Assembly: GCA_020536535.1 (NCBI GenBank)
Contig: JAHLWZ010000897.1
Location: forward strand, 1-54,454
Length of the DNA stretch: 54,454 bases
DNA from: Pelomyxa schiedti
Lineage: Eukaryota > Protista > Evosea
Direction: 5' to 3'
In this document: one piece after another, positions 27,710 through 40,390 of the stretch
Numbering within the stretch: the first letter of the stretch is position 1
Layout: every line of letters starts with the position of its first letter
Program-made: the position numbers and the translations under genes
The notes under the pieces: model-generated
Told to the model about the DNA's origin: nothing
Databases searched by the model: none
What the model saw: only the letters and a program-made list of their open reading frames with translations

Positions 27710-30601
27710 TCACAAGGGTGTGTTTGCGCTAGCACTCGCCACAAATCGCCCTTGTGTGGATGAGTGTATTAATCTTCTCTCTGAGCTGTTTGTTGTTTTT
27801 GTGAAAGACATATCTCTTGCTCTTGTGTTTTTAGGTGGTTCAAGAACTACAGCCCGGCCGAAGTGTGAGACTACTACTTCGATGACGGAAACTAAATAAA
27901 AACCAAAGTACGGGAATATTGCATTGGGTATGAATCCATCATAGTAAGGGGTGTCACCGCGGCTGCAAGCGATGACAGTGCCTGTGTGTGGGTGCAGGGT
28001 CACATGGTCACCACACAACTCATCATATGAAGCTGCTGAATCGGTGCTCGAAGTGGTGGCGGTGGGATTGGAATCACCAGGAATAATCGCAGCAGTGCCG
28101 CCGGTTCCGTTTGCGTTGATGCAGCATGAGTAGTGGTGCCTGTGTTTTTGCACGGGAGAATGGTGGGGAGGAGGAGGAGTAGGAAGGTGGTCTTGTGATG
28201 TTGCCGGTGTTGGTACGGATGTGGAGAGGAGCTCGACACCAAAGGAGTGATGGTTGCGGTTGTACTCGGGATTGTGGGGGAACCATGACGCGGTGATGGT
28301 ATCGTTGCTGAGGTTGATGAATACTGCAAGCTGGTGAACTTGGGTTACTGTTGCCGGTGCGGATTCGGGACTGCTGATGTGATCGGACTCGGCGCAGGAG
28401 GATAGGGTGTAGGCAATGAACCCTTTGCTTGGGGGTGTGAGTGCGGGGTGAATTATGTTGATGCATGTAGCGGAGCTGAACGTTGTTGGAAAGGTTCTCC
28501 TGAGATGAATGAGGTTGATGCAGAGGTTTAACAGTGAGCCGGGATCCTTGAGTTGTGCTTCGGCATTACTGGTCACTGGTGAAAAGAAGAGATTGGAACG
28601 AGGGGTGATTTTACCAAGTCTTCCAATCGCTTCTTAGGGGTATCCATGGAGTTCCGGTGGTGAATCCAGCCTGTGGCATGTTTCCTACCCACGGAAATGG
28701 TGTTCTTCCCCTGTCGCGGCAATAGTAGACTCCTGGTTCTGCTAGCCATGCAGGATCCTGTCACTGTTTTAGAGTTGACGCGGGAATATTGCTCTACCTT
28801 AATCATAGAGTCAGGGAAGTCCCCATCTTGAAGTCCCAATTCGTCACCATTATAGATGAAGCAAGTCCCTGGAAGGGTCAATTCGAGCATGGTTACAGCG
28901 GCCACATTGGGGCCCACCCGTGAGGCTATGCGAGACCTATCGTGACAGCCAATGGTCCAGTTCGGGGCTGGTGTGGGCCACTCTGTATTTGGTTTGTCCG
29001 GTTCGAAAGGAAATTAATGCTGAACTTACTTGGGCCTGAGCGTTTCTTCAACTCTAGTATGCCAGCAATATATTCCTCAATTGTTGCTTCTACATGCTCT
29101 GGGTTGACAACAGAATCAACCAGCGACATATTCATGGGTAGATCGCATTCATCATAGTCATAGCGCTCAGTAATGTAGTCTTCTGTCTCGTCTCCTGAAT
29201 TGTTCTCATCGAATTTGGCATAACTTTCGCTTGTCTTGCACTGCCAAACAATCGGCGCACCATAAAAACTTATCGCTGTCTCTATAGGGTACCATAGCTC
29301 ACCCATCAACACTTTGTCCCATCCGTGAGATGCAACAACACGTCGGAATCCTTTTATAACATCATGAACCTGATACTGTGAGTACACAGTAACCCACTCA
29401 GAGGACACCTAACCTGAGGGAGATTTTCTGTTCCTGTATGGAGAAGTCTTGAAGTAGAAATCATCCCTGGCTTCCAGTCTGGGTTTATTGGTTCATCTTG
29501 CAACTGGTCATCCTTGCCAGATATTTTAGAAAAGCGTGCAAAGAGGATGTGTTTACTTTGACTAAAAAGCCAATTGCATCCAGCCTAAAACCATCAATTC
29601 CAAGGTCCATCCAGTCGTGCATTAAAGCGTGCATAGCGTGAACCAGCCCTTGGCATCTCCAGTTGAGATCTGGTTGCTCTGGCGTGAACGAGTGCATATA
29701 ATACTGCCCTGTTCCAGAATCAAACGTCCACGAACTTTTTGCTGTGCCAAATGATGGAATCCTGAGATGATTAGATCTCAATTTTGATAGTGGATCGTTA
29801 CCAGTTGTTAGGAGGCCCACCGGTGGGACTAGGATCAGCCCAAATGTACCAATCTCTGAAAGGGTTTTTCCTTGAAGACTTTGACTGCTGAAACCACTTG
29901 TGAGAAGCAGAAGTGTGGTTGGGCACCCAATCCAGAACTACAGCAATTCCCCTCGAATGCGCACTTTCACAGAGTAACTCAACATCCTTCTTTGTTCCAA
30001 ACCTAGTTGAAATGAGTGCAATATTGGAGGAAATTTAAATGAATCCGTGAGTGTGCGGAACCTAGGATTGACTTGACCGAAATCGGTAATATCGTATCCA
30101 AAATCATAGAAAGGAGACTCATAGATTGGGTTAAGGTATATACATGACACTCCAAGTCTCTGTATCAAACAGGGAAATTAGAAAACGAAAAAAATACAAT
30201 TCCCCAAATACACATACATGTATGTAATCCATGTTTTTGACGATTCCCATAATGTCGCCCCAGCCGTCGCCGTTGGAGTCACAGAAGCACGCCGGGGCTA
30301 TCTGATACACGACGCCCCCGCGCCTCCACCAATTCGACGTCGGCGATGGCATCATCATTCCCCCCTCCTCGTCCTCATTTTCCCCACTCCTCGACATCCC
30401 CCCCTCTCCTCCTCCTCCTCGTCCTCCTCGTAGTCGCAGTCGTCGTTGTGTTTCCTCGTCATCGTCCTCACTCCACTCGTGCCCCCAAGACTCGTAGTGC
30501 TCCGCCTCGGCTTCTTCGTCGCCGCTGTTCCCATTATTGCGTGTCCCCAGGCCCAGCGATGCGTCTGTGCATCTATTTTGTACTGCTTTTGTTGCGAGCA
30601 T
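27710..30601 (-). CDS. GH13 alpha-glucosidase / oligo-1,6-glucosidase-like; multi-exon
   Basis: WWRRGGVVYQIAPACFCDSNGDGWGDIMGI, DFGYDITDF, WVPNHTS, QPDLNW, IDGFRLDAI, GELW, CHDRSR and LPGTCFIYNGDELG. Ends are approximate. Confidence 0.92.
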
Positions 30602-30763
30602 CGGTGCCGTGTCCGTACGTGAAACAGGCAAACCAAGGCACCACAACCCACAATTTGCAAGGGTACTACCCTTACGCTACATTGACTCATCGGCTCCGTC
30701 GTTGCTTTCAAGAAATCAAAAAAATTTTAAAAGCAAACGTAAATAAAGGTGTTAGAGTAATGA

Positions 30764-33700
30764 TCAAGGTAGTGATTGTGGTGGTGTGGATTGGATGAGG
30801 ATGTCAGGTGGTAATGTGAACTCATCCAGGCTCCATGATGGTCCCTCCACTCCTCCTGTGTTTGTGTTGTTAGTAGCAAGATACAAAACAGCCATCAACA
30901 CAGACATACATACCATTTGGGGTCAAGTCAGTGAAAGAGTCACGGCAAGCTAGCCTGATGTGCTCGCACGTTGCCGGATGCGGAAGTTGGTAGAACCCGG
31001 TGATTCCTTCGTCTCTCCTGGTGGGTGTTAGATACTAAGAAGTATGCATTATATTAATAGTAGTAGTCAGTAACCTTGCGGAGGTGACGGCTTCCTGGAG
31101 TGCAAAGAATACTGATGCTCCAAGGTAAAACGGCGTCTCGCCGATGCCCTTTGAGGACAGGCATATAAAGTTTCTGGGATGACTTGGGAACAGTGAAACC
31201 CGGAAATCTCGCGGTACATCACAAAAGGCTGCAGCGATACCGGGGAGTTGTTGTTATTCCTTTTTGTTGCGATTTGGGAAGGATGATACCAGGAACTTTG
31301 TAAGTACTAGGACCCTTTGTGTGGATATTCCCGTCCCTCAAGGTAACAACTTCCTCTGTTGTGCACCATCCTTGACCCTGGAGGAACGCCCCTTCAACCT
31401 TTTTTACGGATTGAGTCATAAAACAGGGGATTGAGACCAACCTGACCAATGTCAATAACTGGGTTTATACTCACCCCAGCATCTACAACTATATCTGACC
31501 GTAATACTGTATGATCACCTTTTCATATGTGAAAAAAGATAAATTTGACTGAGTCTATACCCGTCAATACGTCAATTTCAACTTCAGAACAAGCGGCGCC
31601 ATAGACATGGTAGTAATAAGGTGATCCGTGAACTTGAGTGAATCCACGTGCGGATAGATCTACACGTCCAAAATAAGCTTTTTCCACTAGCTAGATGAAA
31701 AGTAAAACTGTAGGTTAAACAGAAGCAAGTTTTGGGCCAAATGCGGCTTACCTTCCCCCAGGAAAGACTAGCAGCTTCTGACCCAAGTGACTGCTTAAAT
31801 GTAGAAAGCCTATTTTTCAGAAGAGAACACGCATGGAGGACGGCTCGGCCATTCAGGTCTTTTAGCTGAATTCATATTCGAAAAGAGGTGAAGAGGGACT
31901 AGGTTACCGGCCCCAGATGATGCAGCAGTTGATGTCGCATTAGGAACCTTGTCGGTTGAAGTCTCACCAACATGAATGTATTCGATCGGAACATCAAGTA
32001 CAGAAGCTGCAATCTTTAAAAAAAAAAGGTGAGTGCTACTACTGAATGGACAAATCCGCACTTGTGCCATTTTGGTGTGCAAGCCTTGACCAATTTCACA
32101 GCCCCCATGGGATATCATAACAGATCCATCTGTGTAGATGTTCACGAGTGCTCCTGCCTTTGTTGGGCCACTGAATCAGCACAAAGATAAAAAGTAAAAG
32201 AACGGACCTGGTTCAAGAATTCCTCTGAATACCCCACTGTCTGCAGAGTTGGAAGAGTAGAAATTCCACGCTTTGAAAACCGGTGGGTTGCGTTGTAAGT
32301 TTCGATAGCAATTCTGATCTTATCCGTTAGTCCATTATGGTACCAAACTGACTGCGGTACTGTCTGGTTCGGAAGTCACTCTTTTCAAGTAACGAAGCCC
32401 AGATCGCTGGAAGTGTGAAATCAGTGAGTTGTTGGTTATAAAGAGTCAGTTGCCCCTCTCTGTAAAAATTCACTTCCTGCACCATGGGTATAAGTGGGAT
32501 CTTAGTTCAAGTTTGACATACCCTGATCCTTTCTGGGGTAGTTCCGAGAACAGATGCCACTTTACAAACCGCTTCTTCTAGTGTGGCGAGTGCTTGTGGC
32601 GTTCCGAAACCTCTAAAACTATCCAGTGCAAAAACAAGGGTTAGCGCGATAATTTTTTGCTCACATACGCTGTGTTTGAGGGCCTGTTGGTTCTCATAAC
32701 ATGTCCAGTGGCCTTTACATTGGGAATATAATATGGTCCTGGACAGCATTTTATTGACCTGAATATGTTTTTAAAAAACCGAGTGGGTACACCATAAAAT
32801 ATACAGCATACTGCTCCATAACGGAAGGAGACCGATCACAGGAATAGCCGGCATTTGAAAAGAAGTCCACTTCATAGGACAGAATTTGGCCAGAGGAGTT
32901 GAAACCCATCTTATACTTTCCTAGGTAAGGATGGCGATTCCCTATTTGTTTCAATGTGTTATTTACATTATGCCATACAAATTTATGTTATGGTTTGTTT
33001 ACCAGTTATAGACATGTCAACATCTCTGTCCACTACGAATTTTGTTTGCCTGTTCAGAATGGTAGCAGCCACAGCACAAGCGGAAGCAATGAAACCATTA
33101 CGGGTTTCTTTGCCCCCAAACCCACCTCCCAGTTGTGTGCACTAAAAGGTTTTAGCCACTGGCAATTTATTGTATTTTTTCAGTTTAATAATACCTTGAC
33201 ACAAATTTTGGAAGAAGCGATACCACAAGTAGTACTTATGAGGCTCTGGATTAGTGACGGGTTTTGTGTTGTAGACCAAACTACTATGCCTGAATCCAAA
33301 TTTGGAAGCACAAGAGTGGCATGAGGTTCGATGTAAAAGTGTTCCTGGCCGCTAATAGAGACATCACCTGAGGTCAATCATTTGTACACTAAAACTTTGA
33401 TAAACACTGACCTGATATTATCTGTGATGCTTCTTGAAACCCCAAACTAACATCTCCACGGGAAATCACCAAGGGTTCGCAGAGAGTACTATTTAATTTG
33501 ATTGCTTCCTAGTGTGTAAGGTTGAATAAGCAGGACTGATAGTGAGAAAATGATGTAACTTCAATTGTGAGTATTGCAGGAAGTGATTCATAGGTAACTT
33601 CCACCAACTTAGCTGCGCGTCTAGCGATCTGCTGTGTTGTTGCCACAACGATTCCAATAGGGTATCCTGAAAAAGAAATTGGCCCAGATTTGTTGAATCC

Positions 33701-36522
33701 CATATAACAACCTACACATAGAACTTCACGGGAGGCGAATAGTTCTTCATCAGCAACAACAGGCCCACAAAGGTTTGTTCCTGGAACATCCTTACTGGTA
33801 AAAATTGCAATAACGCCTGGCACTGATAGTGCTTTCTGTTTATCGATTGAACTATTATGAAGTTAGGCATTTTGAGTGTATGTATGTCAACATTATTAGG
33901 GCGTGCGCCTGTGAACTCTGTATGAAGGCAGCGTGAACTACATCAGCACAATTTACATCGGCAGTGTAAAGTGCTAAAAAATATCCATTTAATTGAAATG
34001 CGACATTGGAAATACCTGAGCCTGTTACATGTTTTAATGAGGATATATGAGGTAGAGGTGTGCTCACAATAGAGTTGCCACTATAGGAAAAAGGGGTAAG
34101 ATTGCAGAACTATTTCTTACAACATCATACTTTTTCTCAACCAATTCAAAGTTAACCTCTGAAGACTGCAAGCCGTAGCAATCAGGAGGGGATACTAAAC
34201 TGGGTGGAAGTGATGCTTGACCATAGAGCTCAGTGTAAGTACGAATAAAAAACTTGTTATCAGTTACAAAATAAAAAAAGGGCAATTATGACACCTTAAA
34301 AAAGAAACCCCTGCATAAAGCTGATCTAAACTCAGTCATTCCTCCAGGAGCGTCCAGTGAGAGGTTAATTTCATTGGCGAGATCAGTATAAACACTCGGC
34401 AGCACAGAGCTATTCCACTGTTGACCAATCATTTTGTTCGATGTCCTTTTGGCCCTATAGATTTGGTAATAAAAGAGGAAGGAGATGAAGATGCGTACAA
34501 TATGGGGCTGCTAGACACACCAGAAAATGAAAGAGAGCACTCTGACACCTGGAATTCAGGTTCCATTTGGGGAAGGACAGGTGGTTTGGCAGAGAAAAAT
34601 CTTGTATTGTGAGGGAGAGAGCTTTCACTGGTATTAATCCAACGAATTCCTCTCATGTCTGGTTGGTTGCCAGTGTTTGTGGGTATAGAATGTCTTTCAG
34701 AGTGAATCTCAGAAAGAATGACACGAAAGGCGCAGGAAACAATGGCTATATCACTGCACTTTCTTCGGGATTGCTTGTACACTCCCACAAACTCATTTTT
34801 AACGGTCAAGGGAAATCCTTATCAATTGATTAGGCATTCCTTTAGAAATGCTGAAAGATACTGATGGTTGTAATCACTTCACATGGTAGGAGTGAAGTCT
34901 TTCTGTAGCCTGTGATAAATTCAGACACAGGGACAAGACGCTGACTTGAAACTGATTGGATTTCCAAAGTTGCCCCCTGTTTCAAGGTTACTGAAATTAT
35001 CAAGAATAACTTTTTCTTACAGTAGCAAGAAGCAGGGGGCATATATCCGATACAGGACTAGCTGTGGCAATATTACCTCCTATTGTTGCAACATTGCGAA
35101 TTTGGCAATTTCCAAACTTTTTTATAACTTGTAGTAAGGCCTGTACAGATTGCGTCTTGTGCGCCTATGTATCGGTCTTAAATTAAACAGTATTCGCAAG
35201 ACCAACAACCTCTAAACCTGAAATCAATTCTGGTAGGACTTGTTCCAAAACAGATAGTGTAGTGGCACTGCCTATTGTAAGATACTGGGAATCCAATGTA
35301 ACCTTTATCGCTGCAGTGAGCTGTGTTTTTCTTGGAAGGCAAGACGCACACAATGTAACTCAGTCACTCTTGAAACACATATAATAACAGAGTGAGCTAC
35401 AGGATCGGAGAGAATGGAACCAATTCCAATACTGGTATTTCCAGAAATTAATGTGCTTTGAGGAAATTCGGTCTGTGCTAAAAGATTGAGTATGAAGAAA
35501 GGGAGATAAGAGGCCAACTCGTAATTGAATAAGCGCTCTTAGATCTGTGGGAAAGAACCATCGGCGTCCATCACCACTTGTGGCGCACCAGGGTTCACTT
35601 ATTGCTTGCTTTAGAAGCTCTTCTGGCACTTTCTTGTGGGGCGCGTTACAACCACAACTACTGTCTTCTATATCACCCAGTGAGGAATGGATCTCAGGTG
35701 ATGCAACACGATGATCACTTGATTTATTTTCTGGTGTAGCCAGCAGCTAAGTAAAAATCAATGAAAGGAAGTAATTTAGGATAAAAAAATACCCTTCTAG
35801 CAGCTTGAATTATGGGTCTGTATCCAGTGCACCGGCACAGGTTCCCATCCAAATGGGAGTCAACGTTGTCAGCAGAAGAGGTACCAGACAGAGCAATTGC
35901 ATGCATTGCCATTACCATCCCCGGGGAACAAAACCCGCATTGTGTGCCTCCACCATTAGCAAGTGCAGTCTGAACAGGAATAAGGTGAAGGAGCCAGCAC
36001 AATTTACATCAAGATAACCTGGATGGGATGGAGCGGGGCATGGCGACTAGGCTTCCAGTCGGATAGTCCCTCCACAGTAGTAACATGCATACCATCCACA
36101 AACATAATAGGCATTAAACAAGAATTGACCGCCCTATGCCTACAAAAAAGACAACAAAAAAACCCACCCATAAGTCAAAAACATTGAAGATCTTCCATCC
36201 ACATCACAACTCCCAGCTCCCACGTCACACGCCCACGCACAGACACTCACACGACGCAGCGCAGGCCGCAGTCCCAGTAGGTGAGGACCACGGTGCAGCT
36301 GCAGCAGTCGCCCTCGCCGCAGCCCTCCTTGGCCCCCGTCAGCCCCCACGCCCCCCCGCCCGCGGCCCCCCTGAGGTGGCTAAGCAGGGACAGCCCCCCG
36401 CTCCCGCCCCCTGTGCCTGTGCCTATGCCCCCGCACGGCACCTCCCGCAGCTGCCCGTTGACCCACACTCGCACGCACTCGCGGACCCCCCCGCCCTGAT
36501 GTTGCCTTGTTGTTGCTGCCAT
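30764..36522 (-). CDS. XDH: Xanthine dehydrogenase / aldehyde oxidase family molybdoflavoenzyme; multi-exon
   Basis: Fe-S motifs [23 protein letters not shown] and [12 protein letters not shown]; FAD domain [13 protein letters not shown]; Moco domain [35 protein letters not shown] and SKGIGETP. Confidence 0.93.
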
Positions 36523-36615
36523 CGCTTGTTCCCCGTACAAAGGAATGAAGAAAAAAAAAAGGAGGTGATGGAAACCTCTCTATCGAACTGGTTTTGATGC
36601 ATGCATTAATTTGAT

Positions 36616-38159
36616 TCAGGTGCTGTCGTTGCCTTTTGACTGAAGAATACCGAGTTGGGCAATTGAATTGGCATGACCGAGGTTGGCAGCCCTCAGCCAC
36701 AGTCTCATTGCCTCGTGTATGTCCTTGGAAAACCCATCAATTCCTTGCCGGTAACGAAATGCGAGGTTGCACATTGCCTGTACACTGCCGCCATCAGCAG
36801 CCCTCTGGTACAGTATCATTGCCTTGTGGGCGTCCTTGCCAACGCCATCACCCTTGTAATAGCACACACCAAGGCTGCACATTGCCCCGGCATGACCAGC
36901 GTCAGATGCCCTTTGGTACAGTTGCACTGCCTTGTGAAAATCCTTGCCAACACCGTCGCCATTGTTATAACACCAACCAAGGTTGCACATTGCCTGTGGG
37001 TCACCACAATCAGCAGCCCTCTGGAACAGTGTCACTGCCTTGCGCATGTCCTTGTCAACGCCTTTGCCATCGTAATAGAAGGAACCGAGGTTGGAAGTTG
37101 CTTGGGCATCGCCAGCATCAGCAGCCTTCTGCCAGAGTGCCACTGCCTTGTGAATGTCAGAGTCAACACCTTGACCATGTTCGTAACACATGCCAAGGAT
37201 GCACATTGTTGCGGAGTTACCAGTATCAGCAGCATTCTGCCACAGTGCCACTGCCTTGTGAAAGTCCTTGTCAACACCGTCTCCATTGAAATAACACAGA
37301 CCAAGGTTGCACATTGCCTGAGCACTGCCAGCATCAGCTGCCTTCTGGTACAGTGCCACTGCCTTGTGTATGTCCTTGCCAACACCACCAACACCGTGGT
37401 CATAACATAGGCCCAGAGATGTCACAGAGGAAGCACTCCAGAGAATCTGACCCACAGAGCAATTGATCATGAGGGGACTGGTGCTGTGCTCATCACCGCG
37501 TGATGTTGCTGTGGATGCTGCTGGCATCTTTGTTGCACCACTCATTTCACTAAAAATGTGTGCTGCTGAAGATGAACTTGGGTGGTTGCCTGTCGGTGAT
37601 GAACAGCAATACAGCCTCCACAGGGCAACAAAGTGCATGCACGACCACGAATGACCCAAGCCCTGTTGATGAGGATTATCAACATTGGCTCTCGAAACTG
37701 CTGTTGACACAAGGTCAGCCCATTCAGCAATCACTGCTGTTTTATTGCGGCTAGCATCGTGCTGGTCTGATGTCGCATTGATGTGACTCAACACACTCAC
37801 GCAATGTGCTCTCATTCTCAGTGTTGTGAAGGAGATGGCGCGAGAGAAAGCCCGAGACAGGCACGGTGGAATGTGATGATGAAGTGACACGTGGTCGTTG
37901 ATGACACAACGGAGGCAAACAAGGAACAACAGACCAGGCAGGTAATCGCATTCATCATCTTTTATTTGTGCTGGGTTGGATGAAAACGAATAAATGAAAA
38001 CGAAATAATACACAGACTATGATTGATACTGCTGGTCTCGGCTTCAAAGAGGGAGGAAGCATTTGCAACGAGAGCAAGGGCAGAGTCAATGTTTCCCACT
38101 TGCAACTCAAAAAGTGCCCTCATCATCGCCTCGTTTCTTCTTGTGTCGATCGCACTCAT
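36616..38159 (-). CDS. Sel1-like repeat protein (about 7 tandem 36-aa repeats)
   Basis: Repeats of AMCNLGLCYxxGDGVDKDxxKAVxLxQxAAD in the 465-aa ORF; probable short 5' exon MSAIDTRR and an intron near 37970-38015. Confidence 0.88.
36690..37410. repeat. Tandem ~108-bp repeat array encoding Sel1 units
   Basis: CAGTGCCACTGCCTTGTG-like and GGTTGCACATTGCCTG-like motifs recur at 108-bp spacing. Confidence 0.9.
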
Positions 38160-38561
38160 CGAGGAGCCGGCCGTCCCTGGTTATTGATGTTCTGTTGTGC
38201 AGAAAGTGAGTAAAGGTTGTTTGTTTTATCATCACGAGGTTGTGTTGTTGATTTTTCGACGGCACCACCACTCACCGCGTGCGGACCCCTGTCGCTGGTT
38301 GGGATTCAGTAATTGTCTTAAAAAGCGTTATTACTGTTGCTTGTTTGGTGACCTACGCGTACGAGGCGTAAGTCACACCTTTCGAGAATTACGATTGATC
38401 CTTGTTCACAACTGATCTTAGCCCATCCGCCCTATTGTTTGAGAGGCAACAATCCGCAGCTGTGTTACAGTTGAAGCTCACCAACCCAACTTGAGTGGTC
38501 AGATGCCGAAAACAGGCCAACTTGTTTGTTCTTCTTCGATGATGAAATAGTTTAAACGAAA

Positions 38562-40259
38562 ATGTCTCACGAAGACAACGAAGAGCGAAGTTGCGGTTAC
38601 GACATTGACGACAACGACGACCCATTACAAGAAGAACCAGAACAACAACACGCACAAGCACCACCCTCAAAAAAAGGAAGAACAACAACAAAGGAGACTG
38701 CCCAAACAACAAGCTCAAAGTCAAAAGAAACACAACAAACAACACCCAACATCGGAAATGGCCCAATCGATGACGTCCCATTATCGCTACCACAACGACA
38801 GAGACGACGTGCCCCTGGAGAAACGAACCCAAAGTCAGAAGTAACAAAACCAAAACCAAAAAACACAACAACAAGGAACAACAACCAAGTTCAGCCAATT
38901 ACACCACAACCCCATGCATTTGACCACCTGCAGCAACCCCTGCAACTCCCCCTTCATGCCTCTGTGTCCCTTAATGCACGGGACCAGTTCGTTTCTTTGT
39001 TGATGGTGACACACCCTCGTTGTGGCCAGCACAGCTCTGTGTCATTGCTATTGCCAGCAGTTTCGACCTCACTCTCATCAATGTCATCAGAGTTGCCGCC
39101 ACAACAACAGCAACAGCAACAACGAGAGTATGACCACCGCTTGGCTATCAGGCTGGTGTGGGAGTACTGTAACGAAGTGAGCAGGCTATTTTGTGTTCCT
39201 CTGGTGCTTCCGACATGCAAGTGCGTGGCCCAGTTCAGTGTTTCTGCTGCTTTGGGCTCAGCCATTGGCGGAATGCGCTGCGTGTGCGCAACTGTTCCTG
39301 GAAGGCACGCTGTGATTGCAAATCACAGGAACGTGGTGGAGTTTCAACTTAAAGTGGCTGGCTTCTCAACGTCGTACCACCTCAGTAACATTGTCGATAG
39401 CGCCAAGAGCTGTGTTCTGTTGAATACTAATGTAGGCTCTTCCGTGTACAACAATGCCAAGTGGTTTGTGTACTTCCGGCCAGGGGGCCGGACACTTGGA
39501 ATTGCCAACACCTTGTGGGAACCACAACCAAACCAACATATCAACTCCCCCACAGTTGAGTTTCCAGTGGTGGAATTATGCGGCAAATCTGAGCGCGAAA
39601 GCATTTTCTTCAGCCAAACATACCCTGATGAGGGTGTGGTGTGCACCATAACTAACATTCCTGGTGGGACAGACTACATTGTTGCTTTGACAAAGCTTCA
39701 ACTTGAGCGAAGCTGGTCAACAAAAAAGTTGACCGTGCTGAGTTCCACCAGGTTCCAAGCCAAAGTTGACAGGGTCTATGCATCCCTTCTTTTGTTCAAA
39801 AAAGCTGGAGCCATGGCCTTCATTCTATGCGGTTGCAGCACGCCTCAGCCTGAGGGTGGAAGAAGGCTTATTTTCCAAGTCGATGAGGGTGCAACCACTG
39901 ACAGCACTGACACCACCAATTCAGTGCCTGTTTTGTTGCCCATGCAACAAATGCTAGATAACGAATCAGTTAGTGTCTCCCAGCTGAGTAGCTCACTGTT
40001 TTGCACTGTCTCTATACCTGTTGTTGAAATATGGGACATCAACCACACCACCACAGGGAGGTCCCTGATGATGATAGAGCTGACTGGACCAGGTCATAGC
40101 CTGGTTGCAGAGGGTGGCCTGTTCATCTGCAGCACCAGGCTGCGCGGGGGGGAAGCCACTGTGGAAGTGACTGACCCATTGACAGGAGCACAAATTCTCA
40201 CCATTTCTGGCATTAGGTCAGCAGGTCACATCCACGATACTGTGTCTTCATGGAGGTGA
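38562..40259 (+). CDS. Intronless hypothetical protein (565 aa)
   Basis: Uninterrupted ATG-started 565-aa ORF; disordered N-terminus, an ARDQFVSLLMVTHPRCG segment, and a beta-rich C-terminal half. Confidence 0.75.
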   Translation: MSHEDNEERSCGYDIDDNDDPLQEEPEQQHAQAPPSKKGRTTTKETAQTTSSKSKETQQTTPNIGNGPIDDVPLSLPQRQRRRAPGETNPKSEVTKPKPKNTTTRNNNQVQPITPQPHAFDHLQQPLQLPLHASVSLNARDQFVSLLMVTHPRCGQHSSVSLLLPAVSTSLSSMSSELPPQQQQQQQREYDHRLAIRLVWEYCNEVSRLFCVPLVLPTCKCVAQFSVSAALGSAIGGMRCVCATVPGRHAVIANHRNVVEFQLKVAGFSTSYHLSNIVDSAKSCVLLNTNVGSSVYNNAKWFVYFRPGGRTLGIANTLWEPQPNQHINSPTVEFPVVELCGKSERESIFFSQTYPDEGVVCTITNIPGGTDYIVALTKLQLERSWSTKKLTVLSSTRFQAKVDRVYASLLLFKKAGAMAFILCGCSTPQPEGGRRLIFQVDEGATTDSTDTTNSVPVLLPMQQMLDNESVSVSQLSSSLFCTVSIPVVEIWDINHTTTGRSLMMIELTGPGHSLVAEGGLFICSTRLRGGEATVEVTDPLTGAQILTISGIRSAGHIHDTVSSWR

Positions 40260-40390
40260 AAACATTTGGGTTACTTAGAAGTAACCGTCTCATTGAATTC
40301 CGTTTTTGTTCGAGACAACTTTGCTTTTGTCAGCCCTCACCAGGCCCATTGACCTGTCAGAGGAAGTCGATGGTTCGGGGCCGTTGATTT

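Noticed and set aside
36690-37410. Regular repeats resembling a CRISPR array
   Set aside because: They are 108-bp in-frame coding Sel1 units with no unique spacers, no cas genes, and a eukaryotic context.
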